64,000 bases of DNA, from NCBI GenBank assembly GCA_001803225.1, contig MHBF01000093.1:3711-67710 (forward strand), written 5' to 3'. The notes beneath the pieces are model-generated. The model saw only the letters and a program-made list of their open reading frames with translations, was not told where the DNA came from and made no database searches. Position numbers and translations under genes: made by a program. Source of the DNA: Lentisphaerae bacterium GWF2_44_16 (GTDB lineage Bacteria; Verrucomicrobiota; Lentisphaeria; Victivallales; GWF2-45-14). Shown here in pieces: positions 57,014 to 64,000 of the stretch (position 1 is its first letter; every line of letters begins with the position of its first letter).

Positions 57014-58393
57014 ATGACTGTGATAAAGGGACTTCTGAAAAGCAAGGAACTTGAAGACATTCTCAGGTCAGAGATAAAGAAACATCTCAAGCCGGGGGAT
57101 TTCCTTATGCCCGAAATGCAGTTGGCTGAAAAATACTCCGTCGGAAGGATTACCGTCAGAAAAGCCGTAGAAGGCCTTGTCAATGAAGGGCTTCTTCAGA
57201 GAATACAGGGCAAGGGCACTTTTGTCACAAACCCACGGGAAAACAATAAAAGACTCAATATACTTCTTTCAAAAGGCTCGTTCCGGGGATACGAACCTCT
57301 TCCCGGTGATAATGAATTCCAGGCAAACGGCAGGAAGTGGAATGTAAACATAAACCTCCTGCAGGAACGCAGTGAGTTGGAAAACGATCTTCCGAAATTC
57401 TTTTCTTCCGAGGATATCGACCTGGTCTATGTTCATGAAGGGATAATCCAGTACCTCGCTAAAAACAGAATGGTTTTAAATCTGGATAAATTCATTGAGA
57501 AATCAGGCGTTATAAGGAAAAACGATTTTGAACCCCATGCCATGAAAACATTTTTATGGAATAATTCCGCTTACGGCCTGCCCCTCTTTTATTCCCCTCT
57601 CGTCCTTTATTATAATAAGGACATCTTTGACGCTTACGGCCTGCAATATCCGGACAACACCTGGAAGTGGGATGATATGGTCGAGGCTGCCTCAACGATG
57701 ACAGGTGTAAATCAGAAGGTAGGAAAATGGAAGACTTTCGGGCTGGGCCTCTACCAGATAAATAAAAACCTGCTTGCCGCCATGGTGAGGCAGAACGGAG
57801 GGGATTTTTATGACGCGGAAGGAAAATGCGTCCTTGACAGCCCCGAAGCCGTCGAGGCCATGCAGTTCTGCTCCGACCTTTCAAACAAACTCCATATAGT
57901 GCCGACGATACATTTCATAGACCAGAATTTTTCATTGAAGGAGATGTTCTGCAACAAATATCTCGGCATGTTCATCGGTTTTTATGATGACTATGTATAT
58001 CTGAAGGAAAATTTCAACGGCAGGTGGGATGTGGAGGAATTGCCCATGGGCAAAAGAAGGTCTTCCCCGCTTTCCGTTCAGGGCTGGGCCATATCCTCAA
58101 AAAGCAGGAGGAAAGCCGAAGCCTTTGAGTTCCTTGAAAGTTTCTACAGAAATTTCAATAAAAAACCTTTCATCAGGTTTCTCACGAGAATTCCGGCATA
58201 CTCTTTTCCGTCGGGAATTCTGCCCGTGCCGTTTATCAGATCTCTCGAATACGCAAGGCCCGCGCATGATTCGCCGAAAAAATTTAATCCTGAAGAATTC
58301 CGCATGGGTTTCATAAATCTCTGGACGGGCTTTGAGAAAGCGGAGGATGTATGCAAAACATTTTGCGCCAAATTCAACAATGAAAGCGAGTGA
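57014..58393 (+). CDS. GntR-HTH fused to a family-1 solute-binding-protein domain
   Basis: LMPEMQLAEKYSVGRITVRKA...RIQGKGTFV; then YGLP...LYYNKDIFDAYGLQYPDNTWKWDD; no signal peptide. Confidence 0.88.
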   Translation: MTVIKGLLKSKELEDILRSEIKKHLKPGDFLMPEMQLAEKYSVGRITVRKAVEGLVNEGLLQRIQGKGTFVTNPRENNKRLNILLSKGSFRGYEPLPGDNEFQANGRKWNVNINLLQERSELENDLPKFFSSEDIDLVYVHEGIIQYLAKNRMVLNLDKFIEKSGVIRKNDFEPHAMKTFLWNNSAYGLPLFYSPLVLYYNKDIFDAYGLQYPDNTWKWDDMVEAASTMTGVNQKVGKWKTFGLGLYQINKNLLAAMVRQNGGDFYDAEGKCVLDSPEAVEAMQFCSDLSNKLHIVPTIHFIDQNFSLKEMFCNKYLGMFIGFYDDYVYLKENFNGRWDVEELPMGKRRSSPLSVQGWAISSKSRRKAEAFEFLESFYRNFNKKPFIRFLTRIPAYSFPSGILPVPFIRSLEYARPAHDSPKKFNPEEFRMGFINLWTGFEKAEDVCKTFCAKFNNESE

Positions 58394-58394
58394 C

Positions 58395-59036
58395 ATGAAA
58401 AAGGAATTCACGTTAATTGAGTTGCTCATTGTAATATCTATTATTGCTATTCTCGCATCTATGCTCCTTCCCGCCCTTTCCACGGTAAAAGCCAAAACAA
58501 GGGCGATGAAATGCTCATCAAACCAGAAACAGGTCGGCCTGGCCCTGAATATGTACAGCAATGATTTTAATGACTATACTTGCCCTAAGCTGACGTATGA
58601 TAACAGTTATGCATGGTCAAAAATTTTGATTGATAATGATTATGTAACAAAATGTCTCCCTGAAAAAATATTTTCCAATTCGATATTGATGTGTCCCGAC
58701 GGTAAAGGTTCCAGTCACAAGGAAGACCGTTATTATGGAACATCTTTTGGACTTAATGGTTGCGTATCTTCAAGTTTTACGGTACCTCGCTGGTTTAAAA
58801 GAATTCAAATAACCCATCCCTCAACTGTAATACAAGCCATGGACTCCATAACTTACTGGGTTAGATTTTACGAGCCTACTTTTATTTTATTCAGACATCT
58901 CGGCAAAACCAACATTCTTTTTTTTGACGGGCATGTCAATTCAAAGGACAGAAACCTGATTCCTATTGGTAGTATTGCCAGTATCCCCAATGAAGTTTTT
59001 TATGAATGGTGGGGACCGGAAAGAAGCGGATGGTAA
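58395..59036 (+). CDS. Prepilin-type H-X9-DG protein (pilin-like 4)
   Basis: MKKE|[24 protein letters not shown]...KCSSNQKQ; LMCPD; HLGKTNILFFDG. Start moved to 58395. Confidence 0.9.
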   Translation: MKKEFTLIELLIVISIIAILASMLLPALSTVKAKTRAMKCSSNQKQVGLALNMYSNDFNDYTCPKLTYDNSYAWSKILIDNDYVTKCLPEKIFSNSILMCPDGKGSSHKEDRYYGTSFGLNGCVSSSFTVPRWFKRIQITHPSTVIQAMDSITYWVRFYEPTFILFRHLGKTNILFFDGHVNSKDRNLIPIGSIASIPNEVFYEWWGPERSGW

Positions 59037-59071
59037 AGGTACAAATTAACAATTACATAAAGAGAATAATT

Positions 59072-62000
59072 ATGAATGGTAAATTACTGACTGCGCTGGG
59101 CATTTTTTTTCTGATCTGCGGCATTTCAAAGGGAGCGGCCGATATGGAGTTTTCGGCGCTCAACAATTATCCGGTCTTCAAACCGGAATATACTGATATT
59201 TTCTACGGGAAAAAACCGCGCGTTTATCTGGACGGGGAATGGAGTTACAAGGTCTTTCAGTGTTCACAGAATGATTATGCCAAGACGGTTTCGGCTAATG
59301 CCGCATGCTTTGAAGGCGTGGGAACGGACTGGAAGAAGATGCTGATACCCAATTACGCGGACGCGTCTTACGGAAGCGAAAAAATCGGGGCGATCTTCCT
59401 TTCCCGTGATTTCACCATTCCTGAAAACTCTTCCGGCAAAAGGGCGGTTTTGACTTTTACCGGTATCGGTTGGTCGCCTACTGTTTATATCAACGGCAAA
59501 AAAGCGGCGGAGTACCGCGACCTCCTGCCGGGCTGGCCTACGGAATTTTTCCAGACCGATATTACTCCGTTTCTCAAGCCGGGAAAAAATGTGATTGCCG
59601 TCGCGCTCTTTAAATTCCGCAAAACCCAGCGCCTGTATTCCTCCGGGATTTTCAACCCCGTCTATATTGACCTTGTGGAACCTGTATATGCTGCGGAAAC
59701 CCTTGTCAGTCCCTCTCTGCCGGACACCATCAATGTGAAAAGTTCCATCATTAATTCAACAGATAAAGATGTTCAGCAGGATCTAACGGCACTTGTGGAA
59801 AACTGGAAGGACGGAGCCAGGGCCGCTTCCTTTAAAGTCGGCAACCGTACGTTTAAGCCCGGCGAGAACTCTCTGGATTTTTCCATAAAGATTGAAAAAC
59901 CCATTCTCTGGGATATAGAAAATCCACATCTTTACTCTTTGAAACTCTTTAATGGCGACAAGCTTATCGGTTGGGAACGTTTCGGCTTGAGGGAATTCAA
60001 GGTTTCCGGGCGTGATTTTATTCTCAACGGACGGAAAATCCATTGTTACGGGGTTTGCGCCGAGGAAGGAAGTATTTCCAGGCTGATGTATGTGGAGGGA
60101 CAGAATCCGCAGTTCCTGAACAATGGTGGCGATTGCCTGCGGCGTTACCTGAAAGTTTTAAAAGAAAATAATTGCAACAGCATAATGCGCTGGCCCGCTT
60201 TTACCAGGGTCTTAAATAACCTCGCCGATGAAATAGGGCTTCTCCAGTTTCACATGATACTGCCGGTAAAGATGTATGCCGACGATATGCCGCTGCGCAT
60301 AAAGAGGCAGATTGTGGACAAAAAGAAGGAAATACCGGAATTTTTCAGTCGCGGTTATTTTTATGAGCGGGGAGAGCCCGACGAAAAAACTAAAAACTCT
60401 TTTGCAAGCCGGACGAAGTACCTCAGCAGTTTCACCGCGCTTGTCGCCGAGGGAAAAGCGCGCCGTTGCCCTCCTGAAATTTTCGACATTGAAGGCCGGA
60501 ATGAATGGTTGAAAGCGGCTTATGAAAAACTTGGGCGCTGCATCAGAAATAATCCGTCAGTGGTCGCAATTCTCAGCGGCGATGAAGGGTTTCGCGACTG
60601 CAACCAGGCATTTGATCTGCCTGTCCAGGAGGCGGCGCTGCATTCGACTTGTCCCGGCGTTTTGTTCACCGGGGAACATTCCTATTTTGATACCAGCACT
60701 GATCTGGCCGGGAACCGGGCCGATTGTAAGGCGATGCTGCGTTATCTGGATTTTGCCAATCCCGCCACCCATGGAACGGGCGGTTCGTCAATGCGCGCAT
60801 ATCCCTGGCCGATGTTCAGCAGTTCCATTAAATATTTCAGTAACAGTGTTTACGGTATTGTGGGGCGCAAACTGCCGATTTTCGCCGATGAAGTCTTATA
60901 TTACGGAGTCCTGAGCCGTGTCTGCCGCCAGAAATTATGGGAGCAGGCGGAGGCGACAGTGAAGGCGCTTTTCCCGAATGGAAAACTGGACAAGGAAAAA
61001 ATGATAAAGATGTTTTCTCTTCCCGGACTGGCCGCGGCTTATACAGTCGGCGACCGTCATGAACGCGCCAGATATTTGCGCGATATACAGAAGAAGGCGG
61101 GCCGTGAAGCAAATGCCTGGGGATACCGTTCGGAAATCCAGCTGATGGGATTATCCCCTGAGCTGGGGAACAAAAACGCGCTTTTTACGGCGGTGGCCGG
61201 GCGCACAAAGAAAATGGTCGAACAGGCCCGTGTCAATGACCAATTCCTCCAGGGGCTCGGCGCCACTACAGGCCCGTGGTTTGATTATGAGATGGAACAG
61301 TTGGCACAATTGAATGTTTCAGGAATAGGACAGGCATGTCCTATCGGTAAAATGTTTAAACAGGTATATGCGCCTGTTTTTGCCTGCCTGGATTTCTACG
61401 GCAATCGTTCCAGCATCCTGGCCGGGGAAACTTTCAAGACGGAACTCCATGTCTTCAACAATTCCGGCTCCGCTTTGAATGACATTAAAGTTAAAGTTGT
61501 TCTCTCTGGAGAAAAAGGTGAAGCTTTTGCGATGGAAATAACCCATCCGTCATTGCCGCCCGGTGAAAAAGCGACGATACCGATGGCAATTCCATTTGAT
61601 AAGAAGCTGATCAGCGGAGATTATCGGATCGCGCTGAAAATGTCTGCGTCAGGACGGCCCATCGTCGAAAATGGCTATGAACTTTATGTTTTCAATTCTG
61701 CCGAGGCAGTGGGACCTGAATCGAAAGAAAAAGTTTATGTATATGAATCTTATGACCCTGCGACGAAGGAGACTTTCAAACGATTCATGGAAAGCCTGAA
61801 ACTCAATGTTGTTTATGTCCCGAAGGAAAAACTTCTGGAGGTTACCTATTACAACCGTCAGCCGGACAAGATTAAATATCTGATTCTGTCGCCGCGTTCA
61901 ATAGACCATACTACCGCAGGAAATATGAGTGAACTTAAATCATGGCTGGAAAAAGGGGGGAAACTCCTCTGCTTTGAACAGGATTATCCCGGAAATTTGC

Positions 62001-62389
62001 CGTGGGCCCCGGAAACCAGTTATGTGCGACTGCTTCGCAAGCTTGACTATGCCTTGCCTGCCACGGGGGCGGACGCCATTCCTCTCCGCTATGACGACCC
62101 GCTTTGCAAGGGACTCGCCGCGCGCCGCTACTGGGAGAGTTTCAACAATCCCAACGGAGAAATGTACCGCTATCTGATTGCGCCCCTGAGCGCTGACGCT
62201 AAAATCATCGGGCTGGATGTTTCCCAGTTGGAACAGCCCGCTACTTTCGGAGCATTGGTTATTGACCGGAAAGTCGGAGAAGGCCGTTATATTATTTCCC
62301 AACTGGAGGCAACCAAAGCCCTCGAATATCAGGATGGAGCGGCGAGGCAGTATTTGAACAACCTCATTGGCGAATGGCTCAAAAAATAA
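59072..62389 (+). CDS. Secreted divergent GH2-like glycoside hydrolase
   Basis: Signal peptide from ATG 59072; YLDGEW, FTIPE...LTFTGI, DITPFLKPGKNVIAV, PILWDIENPHLY, FGLREF..ILNGR, RNNPSVV..SGDE. Confidence 0.8.
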   Translation: MNGKLLTALGIFFLICGISKGAADMEFSALNNYPVFKPEYTDIFYGKKPRVYLDGEWSYKVFQCSQNDYAKTVSANAACFEGVGTDWKKMLIPNYADASYGSEKIGAIFLSRDFTIPENSSGKRAVLTFTGIGWSPTVYINGKKAAEYRDLLPGWPTEFFQTDITPFLKPGKNVIAVALFKFRKTQRLYSSGIFNPVYIDLVEPVYAAETLVSPSLPDTINVKSSIINSTDKDVQQDLTALVENWKDGARAASFKVGNRTFKPGENSLDFSIKIEKPILWDIENPHLYSLKLFNGDKLIGWERFGLREFKVSGRDFILNGRKIHCYGVCAEEGSISRLMYVEGQNPQFLNNGGDCLRRYLKVLKENNCNSIMRWPAFTRVLNNLADEIGLLQFHMILPVKMYADDMPLRIKRQIVDKKKEIPEFFSRGYFYERGEPDEKTKNSFASRTKYLSSFTALVAEGKARRCPPEIFDIEGRNEWLKAAYEKLGRCIRNNPSVVAILSGDEGFRDCNQAFDLPVQEAALHSTCPGVLFTGEHSYFDTSTDLAGNRADCKAMLRYLDFANPATHGTGGSSMRAYPWPMFSSSIKYFSNSVYGIVGRKLPIFADEVLYYGVLSRVCRQKLWEQAEATVKALFPNGKLDKEKMIKMFSLPGLAAAYTVGDRHERARYLRDIQKKAGREANAWGYRSEIQLMGLSPELGNKNALFTAVAGRTKKMVEQARVNDQFLQGLGATTGPWFDYEMEQLAQLNVSGIGQACPIGKMFKQVYAPVFACLDFYGNRSSILAGETFKTELHVFNNSGSALNDIKVKVVLSGEKGEAFAMEITHPSLPPGEKATIPMAIPFDKKLISGDYRIALKMSASGRPIVENGYELYVFNSAEAVGPESKEKVYVYESYDPATKETFKRFMESLKLNVVYVPKEKLLEVTYYNRQPDKIKYLILSPRSIDHTTAGNMSELKSWLEKGGKLLCFEQDYPGNLPWAPETSYVRLLRKLDYALPATGADAIPLRYDDPLCKGLAARRYWESFNNPNGEMYRYLIAPLSADAKIIGLDVSQLEQPATFGALVIDRKVGEGRYIISQLEATKALEYQDGAARQYLNNLIGEWLKK

Positions 62390-62421
62390 AAGATTGAACT
62401 GAAGTAATACGGAAAAAGCTA

Positions 62422-62556
62422 ATGAATAAAAAAATGAAGAATGCCTGGAATACCGCCTTAAAATTTCTTAAGGCTGACACTAAAAATATTGAACATGGTT
62501 TGGAGCTTCATCTGACGGGGGCCTTAGAAAAGCGGATGGTGAGAGCTCAATATTAA
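62422..62556 (+). pseudogene. 44-codon ORF; possible truncated N-terminus of a membrane-dipeptidase-like gene
   Basis: MNKKMKNAWNTALKFLKADTKNIEHGLELHLTGALEKRMVRAQY. The AL..LK....IEHGLELH segment resembles, from memory, the N-terminus of PVC M19 dipeptidases. Confidence 0.4.
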
Positions 62557-62574
62557 TTAAGGAAGGGTATTGCA

Positions 62575-63858
62575 GTGACAAATATAAAAGAATTCGGCGC
62601 AAGAGGCGATGGGACTGGAATGGAAACAGCCTTTATCCAGAAAGCCATAGATGAATGCGCCGCTAAAGGCGGCGGAACGGTACTTTTGCCCGCAGGCCTG
62701 TATAAAAGCGGGTCCATAATACTGAAAAACAACGTTACCCTGCATTTGGAAAACGGCGCGGTGATAGAAGGCAGCGGTGATATCAACGATTATCCGGGGA
62801 ACATGGCTACATTCATTGACGCCGTCGGCAACAAGCTTGGCCGCAGCCTTATCTATGCGGAAAACGCGGAAAATGTTTCACTCGAGGGAAGAGGGACTAT
62901 CCGCGGCGCAGGGAAGCTTTTTCCCCGTGAACATCCGCAGTTCAAGGAACGTCCTTTCCTCCTGCGTTTCAATGCTTGCAGAAACGTTTCGGTATCAGAC
63001 CTCCGCCTGGAAAATTCAGCCGCATGGGTCAGCCATTATTTCAAATGCGAGGATCTCAGGATAAGCTCTCTCCTCATCAAAAGCAGAGTAAACGACAATA
63101 ACGACGGCATTGACATAGACAGCTGCAAAAGGGTTAAAATATCCGATTGTTCGATAGACACCGGGGACGACGCGATATGCATCAAGAGCACAAGTCCGGA
63201 ACCGTCCAGGGACATCAGCATTGCAAACTGCCTGATTACCACATCGTGCGCGGCAATTAAAATCGGAACCGAATCAATCGGCGATTTCAGAAATATAGCC
63301 GTGTCGAATTGCGTGATATACGATACGGAGCACGGCGGCATAAAGCTTTTTTCTGTCGACGGCGCGAAAATGGAGAACATCGTGATATCCAATATAATAA
63401 TGGACAATGTGATGGGGCCCGTGATGCTGAGGCTCGGCGAAAGGAAAAGGACTTATTTTGAAGGGCAGGAGGCGCGTCCGGCCGGGTACATGAAGGACAT
63501 CCTGATAAGTTCGATTATCGCGAAGGTAAGCGAAAATAAAAGATGTCCCGCCGGGATATGCATAAGCGGCATTCCGGGGCACAGGATAGAAAACGTCGTC
63601 TTTGAAAACATGACTCTGGAAATGCCTGGAGGCTTTGACGGGGTAGTCCCGTCCAATGTGCCGGAAAACGAAAAAAATTATCCGACTTTCAACATGTTCG
63701 GCATTCTTCCGTCATGGGCGTTTTTCATAAGGCATGTCAAAAACATGTGTCTCAGAAATATCAAAATAAAACAGTCGGCCCCGGATGTCCGCGAAGCTTT
63801 TTTCTGTGAGGATGCAGATGAAATCACAAAGGAAAACGTAATTTTCACAACTCTTTAA
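62575..63858 (+). CDS. GH28-like pectin-lyase-fold (beta-helix) glycoside hydrolase
   Basis: FGARGDG, IQKAID..GGGTV.LPAG, NNDGIDIDS, TGDDAICIKS, AIKIGTES. Confidence 0.9.
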   Translation: MTNIKEFGARGDGTGMETAFIQKAIDECAAKGGGTVLLPAGLYKSGSIILKNNVTLHLENGAVIEGSGDINDYPGNMATFIDAVGNKLGRSLIYAENAENVSLEGRGTIRGAGKLFPREHPQFKERPFLLRFNACRNVSVSDLRLENSAAWVSHYFKCEDLRISSLLIKSRVNDNNDGIDIDSCKRVKISDCSIDTGDDAICIKSTSPEPSRDISIANCLITTSCAAIKIGTESIGDFRNIAVSNCVIYDTEHGGIKLFSVDGAKMENIVISNIIMDNVMGPVMLRLGERKRTYFEGQEARPAGYMKDILISSIIAKVSENKRCPAGICISGIPGHRIENVVFENMTLEMPGGFDGVVPSNVPENEKNYPTFNMFGILPSWAFFIRHVKNMCLRNIKIKQSAPDVREAFFCEDADEITKENVIFTTL

Positions 63859-63898
63859 AAGTGTTTTTATGGCAGGAAAATTTTATAAGTATTGCTTT

Positions 63899-64000
63899 AT
63901 GAAAAGCAGGATATTCTCATTAATGGAGCTTCTGGTAGTGATTGCCATAATGGTGATTCTCGCCTCTCTCCTTCTTCCGGGATTGTCCAAGGCAAGGGAC
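63899..64000 (+). CDS. Prepilin-type protein (pilin-like 5), runs off window end
   Basis: Not in the ORF track: MKSRI|FSLMELLVVIAIMVILASLLLPGLSKARD. An in-frame ATG is also present at 63869. Confidence 0.85.
   Translation, partial: MKSRIFSLMELLVVIAIMVILASLLLPGLSKARD

Noticed and set aside
32673-59036. Pilin variability as a diversity-generating retroelement or shufflon
   Set aside because: No reverse transcriptase or invertase, all pilins are co-oriented, and repeat mismatches are not confined to adenines in either copy.

Overview
Gene-dense bacterial chromosome segment, most consistent with a Lentisphaerota/PVC organism. This is inferred from the prepilin-type H-X9-DG proteins, a GntR-solute-binding fusion regulator and the prs-rplY-pth-rpsF-ssb-rpsR-rplI-dnaB-bamA order. 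Layout: (1) 1-17.5 kb, a regulator-rich amino-sugar catabolic region (RpiR, BadF-type kinase, nanE, murQ, AGE epimerase, IclR, two LacI, a DUF4434-like protein and two paralogous uncharacterised ~640-aa proteins). (2) 17.6-28.7 kb, mixed/housekeeping genes (LOG, YfhO, TPR-methyltransferase, tlyA, lactonase, FHA-pseudokinase, thyX, pdxA, M28 peptidase). (3) 28.7-48.7 kb, a carbohydrate locus under a GntR-LacI regulator, built from cassettes each headed by a pilin-like H-X9-DG gene followed by secreted LamG, CBM, glycoside hydrolase or phosphodiesterase genes. (4) 48.7-56.7 kb, core replication/translation operon. (5) 57-64 kb, a second pilin-headed glycoside hydrolase locus under a GntR-SBP fusion. 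Best candidate for a novel system: five pilin-like genes lacking the canonical Gly(-1) that punctuate transporter-free polysaccharide loci. Nucleotide-level direct repeats (62 nt with 6 mismatches, and 35 nt exact) suggest cassette duplication or shuffling. I saw no rRNA, tRNA, CRISPR array, integrase or transposase. All family assignments come from motif recognition by eye, not database searches.
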